Source of the DNA: Podarcis tiliguerta | Taxonomy: Eukaryota | Strand: one strand, 5' to 3' | DNA length: 64,000 bases | Assembly (NCBI GenBank): GCA_965153285.1 | Contig: OZ229111.1 | Part shown: one piece after another, positions 28,301 through 39,885 of the stretch | Numbering within the stretch: the first letter of the stretch is position 1 | How the letters are laid out: each line of letters starts with the position of its first letter | Notes under the pieces: model-generated | The model's database searches: none | Told to the model about the DNA's origin: nothing | The model's input: only the letters and a program-made list of their open reading frames with translations | Translations under genes and position numbers: made by a program

Positions 28301-31300
28301 TGGGTGTTGTTGGGGGGGGAGGGGAAGTATTGGCATTAATAATGACACTGATTAGTCCCTTTAATAACTCATTTACAAAAATTAAGGAAAGTAGCTAAAC
28401 AGAAGATGAAAACATTCAGTAAGATGTTCACACAATGCCACAAATGTATAAAGCTCTCATCTAACTGCTGTCATATGTAACAACTGCCATGACATTCTGT
28501 TATTTTGTAACATTTCTTGATTCTCTATCCCCACCCAACTCTGGGGAAAAAAACACACACACACCCCACCTCTAAACACAGAGCGCAAAATTGTAAAATG
28601 ATTCATATGACTATGTTTCTGGGGTCTTGAGAGCCAGTAAAACATTTCAAGAACAACGTATTCTTAGTGCAATTATAAAATCGCAATTCAAAATAAGCAT
28701 GTCCTTATATCTATTTCCAGCGAATGCTTCCCAATGCTACAGCCAAAACTCTGTAAACAGATTCCAGGTGCCACCTCAACTCCAGGAACAGGGAAGTATG
28801 TGAGCTATTTTGTCTTAGTATAAACCTTGTAGCCTGCAGCCAACTCCTGAATAATCCCATTGACTTAATTAGATACTGCAGCCCTAGTGTGACAGATTCA
28901 TAACAGAGTTAAGCCAAAGTACTTTGACTGAAAATGAAACCAAAAATGCTTCTCTGAGGAAAAAAATTAATTGCTAAAATCAACAGAATTTTCAGGTAAC
29001 TGCCCCAAACAGGTTTCCCTATTAATCAGCAAGTTAATCAGTTTGACCATGTGTAAAACCAAGCTGCTACATTGCAAAAGTAAAACCACATCCAGCAATG
29101 GAGTAACTTTTGCTCAGTTTGGTACATAAACTACGCCTGAATCGGTCAGCTGTAGGTAGTCATGAGTTCTGTGTTCATAGTCCCCTGGCTAGAAGGAAAC
29201 ATGTTGCCAAGATCAAGATGCAAAATTCCAAAAAAGCATTACTTAGAAATCTCACTGAAATCCTTTTAACACCAACACTGTTCTATTTGCTTATAAAAAT
29301 AGACCACTAGTTAAGTGTTTTGCATGGGAATACTCAAGCAAATATTTCACATGATCATTTTACTATGAAAGGAGACAAACATACCATGCCAATAACTACA
29401 TTTGATCTTCAGCTTCTTCTGCACAATGAGCTTTGTTCACATGGAAATCTCACTGCTTTTCATGCTTATTACTCCTTGTAGTTCTTGTCTAGTAAACTCT
29501 TACTGTCTCTTATTCAGGCTTTCCCTTTTAATAAATGCTCTGCAGATTGCAAGTGGAAGAGCTAATGGTTGACTGATAGAATTAATATGTCATACTCATT
29601 GCTTGAACTCTTGGGGTTAAATCACCTCAAGCAGACACGCCTTTGTTTATAACTTTATTGCAAATTTGTGGTGTTACAAAAAAAGAAGGCAAACTCAGGA
29701 GTGTATTATGATTCTATGATTTCACTCACTTTCTTGCCTTGTTCACACATGACTTTAAACCAGTGGCTCCCATAGTGTGCAGTACAGCCCTCTGGGGTGG
29801 GTGAGATTACCTGGGGGGAGCTTAGAGGCACGGGGGCAGCAGGGAGGTGCTGGAGATGTAAATAACTATATGACTTTGAAAAACTGGTGTCACTGGATCA
29901 AGTTCATCACTACTTAAACGAAAGAGTTTCCATTGCATTTTCAGTGAATATGCAATTAATGGTTATTGTTTTGATTTTTTTGTGTTATTGTATTCCTTAG
30001 TGGCTTGTGCAAACCACTATTCTGAACACAGTGGATGCTCGGGTTGCAAACATGATCCATGCGGGATGCACGTTCACAACCTGCAGTGGCGTGTCTGCCC
30101 AGGTTGCGATTTGGCGCTTCTGCGCATGCGCGACCTCCGAAACCTGTTCCAGTGCTTCCGGGTTTCGGTGGTCCGTAACCCAAAAAAACGCAACCTGAAG
30201 CATCTGTAACCCGAGGTATGACTGTACAGTAATGCTTTTTATACAGAAGGGTAAGGTAGGAAGCCCTAGAGTTGATTTTATGCAACCAAGGGGACGGTGG
30301 CTCGAAAAAGTTTGGGAACCACTTCTTTAAACCATAGTTGAAACTTAACTGTGGTTTAAAACCCTTGATTATTTGGAGAGAAACTTGTATAGTATCAGCA
30401 ACTTGTATAGTAACGATTATCTCAGTTCTCAAAGTTTTCACTTTGCAAAGACAACTGTTTAATTCCTCACAGTGGATGAAGTCATAAGACACTATTAAAT
30501 ACACATATTACTAATTACTTCATAAATATGCATGTAAGAAACAGTCCAGCAAGAAATTCCTTACACTTATAAGCAGACGTTAACTTATTAATAACTTCAG
30601 CACACTTTAGTAACTTTTTGAGAGAAGGGATCAAGGACAGATTACAGTCAGCAGAACCAGAAGACACATGGTTCTCTCATTGGAAAAAAAAGGAAATAAA
30701 TGCCAAAAATATAAGCAAATGAATGCAAATAAATGCCAAGCATTACATTCTGTGAACACAAATGTGTTTGCTGCACTAAGGCTGCAATCTTAACCCCACT
30801 TACTCCTAGGTAAGCTCACACTTACTTCAGCATAAGCCCTGATTACTGTAGTAAAATACGTGTGATCATGCACAGAATAGACTGCATTTGAAACATCAAT
30901 TTGCAAAGTCTACCAGCAAGTTTTGTCTGAGCAAATTTTTACAAGAAAACTGATTTTTAAACCTCACAGATGAGTTCAGTAAACTTTAAAATAATCAAAA
31001 TGCACCCACAAGGCAAAAATGAAAAAACACACCTATGAACTTTATTCCTGGTATCATTTATTTCACCATTTGATTTTGTGTGTGTGTTACAGTCATACTT
31101 GTAAACTAGGCCTGATATTAAAATTGGTTGAGTCCCAATTGACAAGCAGAACAAATAACCCAGGCAATTTTGCACAACAGTTATGTATCCAATTTATTTT
31201 ATTGTTCAACTTTGTCTCCTGAAGCAGTGTACCACATTCTGGCTGGGAAGCCATTAATTTCAAACTTATTAAATAAATGAGCATTTGCATGGAGCAGGTA

Positions 31301-33280
31301 TACTGGAGCATGCTACAGCAGCAGGATCTTCTGTGTTACAAGTAAGACAACTCTGCACTAACATTTGTTATCAGTTAAAACACAGTGACCACTTGTAGCG
31401 GTATTACTAGCTCTGAAGCATTTTATTGATTTACAACATTTTTATTCCACTTCTCCATATCCTTGAGACAATTCACATGTCCAATCAGAAGTATGCCCTA
31501 TTGAGTTCAATGGGTTTAACCAAGGAATGTAGGTACAGTGGTACCTCAGTTTACGAACTTAATCTGTTCCGGAATTCCGTTCTTAAACCGAAACCGTTCT
31601 TAAACCGAGGCACGCTTTACCTAATGAGGCCTCCCGCCACTGGTGCCCTTCCACCATTTGTATTCTGTTCTTAGACCAAGGTAAAGTTTGCAAACCGGGA
31701 CACTACTTCCGGTTTTGCGGAGTTCGTAAACCGAATCGTTCTTAAACAGGGCTGTTCTAAAACCAAGGAACCACTGTGTAGGATTGCTGCCTAAGATAGA
31801 TGAAGGGTTGCACTTTCTCAGTTCTAACCTGACTGTACTGCATTTCTGGCCAATTCCATGCCATATATTAGCTTTGCATTATACCACGACACATACAAAA
31901 ATGGAGGCTGTTTCTAGCGTAGTACCACTGTCCCACAACACTATGCCAAGGTACTAGCATCCTTTGTGGATTTGCACCTGCAGTGCAATGTTACAGAGGT
32001 TGGTGATGTCACCAGTGACACATAATTCACTGTCTGGTCCAAAATACCTGCATTTGCTTAGCCAGTTATTCACAGAATTAGGTCACAAGAGAATTTACCA
32101 GGATTTCTGAATGGAGTGAAAACAATACTTTCCTCACACAATTGCCACAGAACACTAACAGGCCATTTATTTCAGAACTCAGTATCCCTTTGACATTTTT
32201 CTACCAAAGCATTTTGTACTACAGTGACTGAGAAAAAACACTATTTTCTGCTCTCTCTTTTGTTACCATTTCCCCCCTAGAATTATAGCAATTTACTCTA
32301 CATAACGTTTCTCCTGGGCTTGGCATCCTTTACTTCACAGAACACACACCACAGCTCCCCTTATTCTTGAAATTTTAACGGGGCATCTCCTGAGAGAAAG
32401 ACAAACTAACCCAGTGCCAAGGAAGAACAGCAAAGAAAGTCAAAGCTCTGGCAAAGAACAGCTTAGATTTTATGGGATGGTCCCTTTACTCTAGAAAAGA
32501 CAGTTCGAAATAAGATAAAGGATGCCCTTATTTGTGTTTACGACAAGCCCACGGCCATTAACACGAGGTTAGTACTTGAGAAAGAAAGAAAGCGAAGATT
32601 ATATATAAACATAGTAAACTAAACTACTTGTTTTTCCAACATTTGACTTCACAACCGTCCTACTTGGCGGCATGGAAAGACGCATTACCGTTTTACTAAG
32701 CGGAAGAAGGCAGAGCCGAGACAGACACTACCAAGCACAAAACAGATGATCTGGGGAAAGGGGGGCGAGGAAGATTACAAGAGGTACCCACTACCCCCCT
32801 AAAGTCAACGTAAAGGAGCCATGGGGTGCGCGAGCCGCAACGCATCATGGGTATCGCGCGCCTCAGCTTGTGGGGTGTGTGTATTATGTATGTGGGGTTG
32901 TTCTTGCGCGCGCACTCGCGCGCGGGAACGGAAAAGCGCGCGGCGGGGGGGTGTCAGCTCCCGCCCCGCCCCCTCCCACTCAGGCGAAATTCCACCGGCC
33001 CAGGCCGGCCACGACCGGTTCCAGCCGGTTCCGGGCGGGCGGTTGGCTTCCGTGCGCGCGAGCCGCACGCTGCCCGCTGACGTCAGGCGTGTGTGGCGCG
33101 CGGGCGGGTGCCGGGCGGAGGGGTGCGGCGGCGGCGGTCGCAGCAGCAGTAAGTGGCGGCTGCGGGTGTTCTCGCTACGTACGTGTAGTGCTGCGGCTTC
33201 TCGGGCTGCGCCTGGAGCGCGCTGGCGGGCGCCACCGGCCCGGTCGCGGGAGGCCCGGTCGCTACCGGGCCCTTCGACAT
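1993..33280 (-). CDS. UNK: Unkempt CCCH zinc-finger RNA-binding protein, spliced CDS, exons 1-12 (3' part lies beyond window start)
   Basis: Twelve GT-AG exons with consistent phases translate to MSKGP...QAQPEKPQHYTYLKEFRTEQCPLFVQHKCTQHRPYTCFHWH...ESALDDLDLNEFGVAALEKTFD, matching recalled vertebrate UNK; head-to-head with H3-3B as in human. Confidence 0.97.
4077..4251 (-). CDS. UNK: UNK exon 11 (DILGILPVGSPLTSSISSS...FYPTSDTVESVI)
   Basis: cag| acceptor, G|GTAATA donor, 175 nt. Confidence 0.96.
5113..5178 (-). CDS. UNK: UNK exon 10 (AKIKSHSLEHRTQEQPLLQPKQ)
   Basis: cagcag| tandem acceptor, CAG|GTATGT donor, 66 nt. Confidence 0.94.
5792..5921 (-). mobile_element. Penelope-like retroelement terminal fragment with 10-bp TSD
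   Basis: gtagcaccttagagaccaac...ataagctttcgtg...cttcttcagata resembles recalled reptile Penelope pseudo-LTR; ttttttcagg duplicated at 5782-5791 and 5922-5931. Confidence 0.75.
5884..5921 (-). ncRNA. Minimal hammerhead ribozyme motif (Penelope-type, degenerate stem I)
   Basis: Minus strand UAU-CUGAAGA-A-GUGU(ACAUGC)ACAC-GAAA-GCU-U-AUACC: conserved core boxes, stem II and palindromic AGCU in place of stem III. Confidence 0.6.
6333..6533 (-). CDS. UNK: UNK exon 9 (ILCRNSSLGSPSNICGSPPG...YKKAPGFEREDLVGAEYLKNFKCQ)
   Basis: tag| acceptor, CAG|GTAGGT donor, 201 nt. Confidence 0.96.
7645..7835 (-). mobile_element. CR1-type LINE 3' fragment (relatives near 9651-9980 and 59245-59360)
   Basis: aagagcctgctggatcagg..aatggtccat....cagcatcctg..ctcacagtgg.caaccagatgcc shared among copies. 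Confidence 0.6.
8033..8080 (-). CDS. UNK: Putative UNK cassette exon, 48 nt (VWNKPGTLPTSPTSTT)
   Basis: Pyrimidine-rich acceptor tgtctttgtctttgactgtag|, consensus donor |GTAAGT, phase 0/0, stop-free, S/T/P-rich like flanking exons. Confidence 0.75.
9116..9258 (-). CDS. UNK: UNK exon 8 (QPPLNEELQSTSSVSSPTQTGPVMYMPSAAGDSVPVSPSSPQAPDLSN)
   Basis: cag| acceptor, AAT|GTACGT donor, 143 nt. Confidence 0.95.
9763..9925. mobile_element. hAT-like MITE nested in a CR1-type fragment
   Basis: Imperfect TIRs catggctgtagccagg / cctggctacgcccatg; degenerate 8-bp flanks gtgtgagg/atgtgatg. Confidence 0.6.
11152..11236 (-). CDS. UNK: UNK exon 7 (IYKSTKCNDMQQSGSCPRGPFCAFAHVE)
   Basis: cag| acceptor, C|GTAGGT donor, 85 nt; CCCH finger. 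Confidence 0.96.
12502..12619 (-). CDS. UNK: UNK exon 6 (SSPCPSVKHGDEWGDPSKCDNGDACQYCHTRTEQQFHPE)
   Basis: cag| acceptor, GAG|GTACAG donor, 118 nt. Confidence 0.96.
13296..13327. repeat. (TAC)n microsatellite
   Basis: Direct reading. Confidence 0.95.
14433..14568 (-). CDS. UNK: UNK exon 5 (DTTYVLGNYKTEQCKKPPRLCRQGYACPYYH...KHKYR)
   Basis: cag| acceptor, AG|GTACAG donor, 136 nt. Confidence 0.96.
14701..14831 (-). CDS. UNK: UNK exon 4 (ELQAMEALQNGQ...EEPRWQ)
   Basis: aag| acceptor, G|GTGAGT donor, 131 nt. Confidence 0.96.
16319..16495 (-). CDS. UNK: UNK exon 3 (CPFLHRTTGDTERRYHLRYYKTGIC...VYDIR)
   Basis: tag| acceptor, AG|GTTAGT donor, 177 nt. Confidence 0.97.
16938..17147 (-). CDS. UNK: UNK exon 2 (CCCH fingers: YLKEFRTEQCPLFVQHKC...GICPEGDE)
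   Basis: cag| acceptor, GA|GTAAGT donor, 210 nt. Confidence 0.97.
18394..18612. mobile_element. Tc1/mariner MITE, family B, one end degraded
   Basis: TA|CAGTCGTAACTTGG start; CpG-rich interior resembling the reverse complement of 60413-60658. Confidence 0.65.
19614..20283 (+). mobile_element. 5'-truncated L1-clade LINE (ORF2 C-terminus + 3' UTR), antisense in UNK intron 1
   Basis: ORF ...LITHLLSAARNIITRHW...W...EKLT...FTPVWLPF to stop 19913; AATAAA 20262; 15-bp TSD aagaaagggtctgcc at 19599-19613 and 20284-20298. Confidence 0.85.
23089..23314. mobile_element. Tc1/mariner (pogo/Tigger-like) MITE, family A
   Basis: TA|CAGTGGTACCTC...GGTACCACTG|TA; near-identical to four other copies. Confidence 0.88.
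25653..25685 (+). promoter_or_regulatory. Candidate CTCF site (core plus upstream motif) in UNK intron 1
   Basis: TGCAG...TGGCCAACAGAGGGCAGC matches the CTCF core CCAnnAGrkGGCrs. Confidence 0.55.
29761..30324. mobile_element. hAT (Charlie-like) non-autonomous element with nested Tc1/mariner MITE at 30029-30224
   Basis: CAGTGGCTCCCA...TGGGAACCACTT termini; 8-bp TSD ctttaaac at 29753-29760 and 30325-30332. Confidence 0.78.
31536..31776. mobile_element. Tc1/mariner MITE, related subfamily
   Basis: TA|CAGTGGTACCTC...GGAACCACTG termini, different interior. Confidence 0.8.
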
Positions 33281-33570
33281 GCTCCTGCCTTCCACTCCCT
33301 CCGCCGCCGCCCGCTACCACCGAGGAGGAGAGCTTTATTATTCACTCTGCGCGGTCCGCACGGAGACCGAAATGCGCAGGCGCTGCCGCCGCCATTACCG
33401 CCCCGGGTTACCCAAAGCATGCTGGGGCTTGTAGTCCCGGTGATGGCGGAAAGTCCCCCTTTTCTTCTACTGGGCTTCCGGCCAATGAAACTACAACTTC
33501 CAGGGGTGCCCTGCGCTCGCTGCCCCGGATTGTGCAACAGCGCGGGGTTTCATAGGAGTTGTAGTTCGGA
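32820..33570 (-). promoter_or_regulatory. UNK CpG island/promoter with YY1-like, CCAAT and three ACTACA (ZNF143/THAP11-type) motifs
   Basis: Very high GC/CpG density; gccgccatt near 33390; gccaatg at 33481; ACTACA motifs near 33425-33437 (-), 33490-33503 (+), 33553-33568 (-). Confidence 0.85.
33183..33280 (-). CDS. UNK: UNK coding exon 1 (MSKGPVATGPPATGPVAPASALQAQPEKPQHYT)
   Basis: ATG at 33280 in CpG island; donor AC|GTACGT; 98 nt, phase 2. Confidence 0.95.
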
Positions 33571-34144
33571 TGAGTTCCTCCATGGATTGCCATCAAGCGG
33601 ATCTAAGCAGAAGCAGCGCTATGCAAGCCTCGAAGCGTTTTGAACAATTTAGCCGCACGTAAAACTGATACAGCCCGATCCAAACGATGTTCACTTGGAA
33701 GCAAATGTCAGCAAGCGCAGATGTAGGAATGCAGATGTAGGAGTCTGTGCACTAGTTCTTCTGGTAAAAAACTGTAGGATGTTTATGTAGTTTTAAGATG
33801 GCAATTCTGGTTGACAACGACAGCTTCTATAGTGAAAGAAAATCGGGGCTTTCTCATAGACGAGATCCTTCTCATAGAATGTTTTGCTATCATTAGAACA
33901 GGAGGAGCTATTGTCTGCTGTTGTGAGGTGTCTGAGTAAATATAATAGTTTGTCATAAACTATGCCACTTACCTATAAAATGGTTAAACCTTTACAGTAA
34001 TAACTAGATATGTATAGCCATTGTTAATGCAATGACTTTATTGTACATTTTATTTACATAGAACATTTCAGAAGACAAGGTGCTTTACAATTCCTCTTTC
34101 AGTTGTGTAGTTGGCATGGGTCAAATCATATGCAGTACTGAGCA

Positions 34145-34370
34145 CAGTGGTACCTTGGGTTAAGTACTTAATTCGTTCCGGAGGTTCATTCTTAACCTGA
34201 AACTGTTCTTAACCTGAAGCACCACTTTAGCTAATGGGACCTCCTGCTGCTGCCACGCCGCCGGAGCAAAATTTCTCTCCTCATCCTGAAGCAAAGTTCT
34301 TAACCCGAGGTAATATTTCTGAGTTAGCGGAGTCTGTAACCTGAAGCGTATGTAACCCGAGGTGCCACTG
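34145..34370. mobile_element. Tc1/mariner MITE, family A (UNK/H3-3B intergenic)
   Basis: CAGTGGTACCT...GGTGCCACTG|TA termini; same interior as 23089. Confidence 0.88.
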
Positions 34371-37300
34371 TATCTTCCTACTTAAGTATATTATGCTGGT
34401 TTCTATGCAGCACACTGCTATGCATGTTGGCTTGAAAGTGATCCATACACTGTTTAGTGTGGCTTAAAGTTTGCATAGGACTGAAGTCTTATGCTCCCAG
34501 ACTTTTACAATATTTATTCAGAAATGAAGCCATTTGGACTAATTTCCAAGTAAACTTTTGGGCTGAACATGCCTTTTAAACTTTCTTTAGAAGGGTTGGA
34601 ATCTCTCCCCCCCCCCCAACACACTTTTAGCCTCTTTATGGCAATATTTCAGGTACAATGTTTCATCCTGTTAGTGTTATATATGGTGGTGAGAGTAGGC
34701 TTTCGTCTTGCTTATCCTTTAACATCTGGAGTCAAGGAGTGAACATGAGGACTGGAATACTCAGTTATTGCCCAGTTTTAAACTGGTTATGGCCAAAGAC
34801 ACAGCTTAATCCTATCTCCTATTGTATTTGTGATGCAAGCACAGGCTGACACCACAACATGCGAGTTCCCAGAGAGATCACAGGTGCTACATTCTTCCCT
34901 GGTTCTCCTATTGCTTCGGGCTAAGCCATGGCTTGGCCTAGCGGTGTCCTCCAAAGCCAGAACCACGGTTTGTCTAGAGCAAAACAAACCATGAGCCCAG
35001 GTTCAGACATAGTAAGCCAAACCATGGCTTAGCTGATGGTAGTATGGCAGGAGGACGACCAGGAAAGCAGCAAAGCAGCCCCAATCCCCTCCAGGAACTT
35101 GCACATTTACACAAAGCCATGCAAACTGTTGGTGTGGAAATCAACTAGCACAGAAAGGTGCTTGCCCTTAAAAGCAAATGGGAAATTGCTTTGATTCAGT
35201 TCTTAAACAGGGCAAAGCTATACTGGAATTAGAAGCCAAAGATATCCTGGACTGGTGGGATACAAGGAATTGATTGCCTCTCTCCCCCATGTTATAATGC
35301 TTCTGTTATTGGTAAGGGATATGCTTCTTTGAACGTAAGCAGCAATAATAGTGCTATTTGAGTGAAAGATTGCCCTTGTGTGATGCTGGGATCTCTGAAG
35401 CAAGTCTTGTGCTATCAGCAGCAAATCATAAGTTTATGGCTGGGTGTTGGTAGAATAGTTTCATCGCAATACGATTTTCTTAGACTTATATTCTTATTGA
35501 TAGGTGTGCAAGACAGACTTACTAATCTTATACAGTATGTCGAAAGTCTCCCACCCCCGCTAGTTAACTTATTTGTCTATCTCTCTCTTTATGTGTATGG
35601 GTTTTATAACAACCAAGTGGTTTTGTTAAATAAATAAATATCACAAATCTCTAGTCATTAGTCCTACTCCTGCAATTTAGTTCATTTGATCTAATACACA
35701 AATGCTTTGAGGAACCCAATAAATCATTTATTGCATTGTTATTATCATTAAGGGGGACATACTGTATCTATGTGTCGTTTGTCTCATTGTAGACTGACCA
35801 AATAAGTATACCATGGCAAAGAAAAGGAGGAAAGTTAAAGGTATTCAATAGAACAATAATTAGTATTTGATTGTGCAATCAATTTATAAGCATTTAGACC
35901 TTTTTTCTAATGGGAAGGGGTGTGGCAGTGTCGTGGTGTCTGTTCTGTGAAACTTGGGTGTTCTAACACCACAGTAATATATACGTTTACTCAGAAGTCC
36001 CACAAAGTTCAATAGTGTTTACGCCCAGGAAAGTGATTATAGTACATACACTACAACTAAATAAAAATAAGTACACAAAAGTACAACTATTTTCTATGTT
36101 TGATGTTCAGTAACAAAATATAGTGCTTAAAATGAACAGCATTTGGTCACACCTGTTTGGAAATGCAAATGTCGTGCATCCTCATGCCACACGTATTAGT
36201 AATCTTTATCACTGTAATAAAATTTCTGTGAGCCAGTGGAGGAGCAGGATTTCATAAGGTGTGCAGTATATGTCCCATTGTTTATATCTTCAATTTCATC
36301 TTGATTGCACATATAATGTAATTTCAGCACTGAGTGTGAAACAATTTTGAGATGTGTCTTCCTTTCAACAGAAATGCCCAGGCTAGTAAAGATTATGTAA
36401 TTGGTTTTACTGTATCTGAAGGCGTTTTCAAACCTTACCAACAGAGTCTGTCTTTTTTGGTACTATTACCTTATAGAACACTATGATTAGAAAGAATAAT
36501 AGACTTGTCAAAATTGCATCCTGTTAAATAGTAGAACTGTAGGATTAATTAATGTAATCATTAGCTATTGTGTGATCAGTAATACATGAATTTAGAGAAT
36601 GCAATACCTGTGCTTTAATAGAATCAGGTATATTGCTTTTAATTAGGATGCACTTCATATATAAGATGTATAAGAAAATATGTCAATAGTTTTGTACATA
36701 TCAGTAGTCTATACTTCTCATTGCATTTCACACCAGACTGCAATATTAGGCCCGCATCCTAGAAGCTGCAGGGAGTTTGTATAAAGAAGCTAAAATCACT
36801 TAACATAATGTGTATTTGCTAAATAGGAACTTTTCATATTTTAAATGATTTGTTTTGTAAATATGTATATGTTACTTATTGCAGGTATTTATTTGATCAT
36901 GCAAGCCAGCTAGAGTACCAAATAGAGTAATAGTTTTCCTACCAAAGTATTTGTATTTTACCCACTAAATTTGATTAAGAAATATTTGTCTTCTATATAC
37001 TGTTAAATTGAAAAAAATATAAAATTTGCAACCTTAGTATATTTGAGTTATGATTATGTAAAGGGTATTTTAAAGGGGCGTTTTAATGTGTGTTCTGTGC
37101 AATATTGTTTAATAAATAATCCGTGTTCTGTGCAATATTGTTTAGAAAATAATTATTGACTTATATTTGAAGTTTCCTTTATTCGTACCACTTGGTCTGA
37201 CGCTAAACAGTCAGATATATTCAAATACGACTGCAACCTTCCTACCTGGCTTTACCATTTCCCCTCCTACAATAATTTATGTGGCAGTATTTCCTTCTGT

Positions 37301-37409
37301 TTACCCGCCTCATTCAGCCTGGGACACTCCAAACGGACAGCTTTTCTTTCCCATTGACTTTCCATTGTGGAGCTTTGCAACAAAAAGTAGGATCCAAACT
37401 ATGTTTTCT

Positions 37410-37665
37410 GCCGGCCAATCACAACCTTCTCCTGGGCTCCAATTCCGATTGGTCTGCTTCAGCTCACGATGTCCAATCGGAGTGCAGCTTTAGCAACCAA
37501 TCGGCTGTCGAGGTTTCATCCAATCACGGCCGAGATTCGGGGAAACGGCCTTTGTGTCAGTTAACGTCACGGCGCCAACGGAGGTAGACGCCAATGGCTC
37601 CGTGCGCTGCGTGTCTGTATTGTGAGGTCATGACGTTCTCGGCCCCCTCCCTCTATAAATACAGT
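37410..37665 (+). promoter_or_regulatory. H3-3B promoter: seven CCAAT boxes, CRE/AP-1-like sites, TATA box
   Basis: CCAAT at 37415, 37439, 37473, 37497, 37520, 37591 and ATTGG at 37448; aacgtca 37563 and tgaggtcatgacgt 37623-37636; TATAAATA 37654-37661. Confidence 0.88.
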
Positions 37666-37684
37666 GTCCCCGCGCCGGGGAGGG

Positions 37685-37776
37685 GACAGTTGCGGGTTCG
37701 TTGGGGAAGGAGTAGGACGTGTAGCTCGTGGCTGGTAGGAGCGGAAGTGTTTTTAAAGGCTCCGTTCCTGAAAGTG
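37685..37776 (+). other. H3-3B: H3-3B non-coding exon 1 (5' UTR; start approximate)
   Basis: About 25-30 nt downstream of TATA; donor GTG|GTGAGT at 37776/37777; next acceptor cttag| at 38275. Confidence 0.7.
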
Positions 37777-38292
37777 GTGAGTTTCGGCTTGGGGCGGCTG
37801 GAGAGGGGGACGGTGGGTAGGGGCGGGGAAGGCGGACGTGTATTTCTCGTATTTTGGGCCGTGTTTAATGAGTGGTGGGGGAGGGGTGGTGAAGGCCGCT
37901 TTGTTCCGCTTGGCCCGCGGTGTGTATGGGGGGGGGGAGGAATGAGATAGTCCAATAGTCGTAGTCATGGCAACGTAACTACCGGCGGGGGTGGAATGGA
38001 GCGGAATCGTGGCTTCGGTTCTACTACTACCGCGCGTGGGCGGGAGGCAGCGTGACTCCTCGTTCCTATTCCCCCGGGAATGTCCTCCCTTGGCCGCCGC
38101 GGAGGGAGCAGCGCCCTGACATCTGCTACTATTCGTCTTGCGCTGCAGTTCCTCCGAAGAGTGGCGGGGAGGGGAGGAGGTTAGTGGAAACTGGCACGAA
38201 GTGGTAGGGAAAATACTAAAGAGTTAGAAGGGAAGGTATTCCGTTGCTAGCATCTCGTTTGCTTTTTCCTCTTAGTAAAAAAAAATAAATAA

Positions 38293-39092
<800 letters not shown>

Positions 39093-39885
39093 GAGGAGGC
39101 AGTTTTTATGGTGTTTTGTAGTAAATTCTGTAAAATACTTTGGTTTCAATTTGTGACTTTTTTTGTATGAAATTGTTTATAATATGTTACATTTGTACTT
39201 AAGTCATTCCATCTTTCACTCAGGATGAATGCTAAAAGTGACTGTTCACATAAAAACTCAGTGATGTGAGCTTTGTTGCTCAACAGTGACAAGTTGCTAA
39301 TATGCAGAAGGGATGGGTGATCTTTCTTGCTTTTCATGCATGTTTCTGTATGTTAATGACTTGTTGGGTAGCTAAAATTGTAAGGTACTAGAATTGATAT
39401 AAATGTGTACAGGGTCTTTTTGCAATAAAACTGGTTATAACTTGATCCAAGTGTTTAACAATTGGGGCTGTTAAGTCTGACCATACATCACTGTGATAGA
39501 ATGTGGACTTTCNNNNNNNNNNNNNNNNNNNNNNNNNNNNNNNNNNNNNNNNNNNNNNNNNNNNNNNNNNNNNNNNNNNNNNNNNNNNNNNNNNNNNNNN
39601 NNNNNNNNNNNNNNNNNNNNNNNNNNNNNNNNNNNNNNNNNNNNNNNNNNNNNNNNNNNNNNNNNNNNNNNNNNNNNNCATTGTTGTGGGGAAAGTAGTA
39701 TTACTATTTTGTCTTATACTATCCCTGCTCAAATCAAGTTAAGCCTGTTCCTTGCTTGGTATGCAACTCCAATTACAGCAGAAGCTTGCTGTACTTATGT
39801 AACCTAGAGTGATTAAACGCTTGCTAATTTGGAAAATAGTTTTCCCCACGTCTAACTTATTAAATAAACAGAACACTGTCAGACT
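39093..39885 (+). other. H3-3B: H3-3B 3' UTR with two AATAAA signals (39424, 39863)
   Basis: Sequence gcagtttttatggtgttttgtagtaaattctgtaaaatactttgg... closely resembles recalled mammalian H3F3B 3' UTR; 3' end approximate. Confidence 0.85.
39513..39678. other. Assembly gap or masked segment (166 N)
   Basis: Run of N inside the H3-3B 3' UTR. Confidence 0.99.

Noticed and set aside
29956-30504. 182-aa ORF
   Set aside because: Runs through nested non-autonomous transposons; no transposase motifs
33281-33295. N-terminal extension MEGRS on UNK in the ORF track
   Set aside because: Starts at GTG; the conserved start is the ATG of MSKG at 33280
32805-33643. Long overlapping ORFs (171, 244, 257 aa) on both strands
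   Set aside because: Arg/Ala/Gly-rich shadow ORFs of the stop-poor CpG island; only 33183-33280 (-) is coding
39388-39807. ORFs spanning X runs
   Set aside because: Artefacts of the N gap
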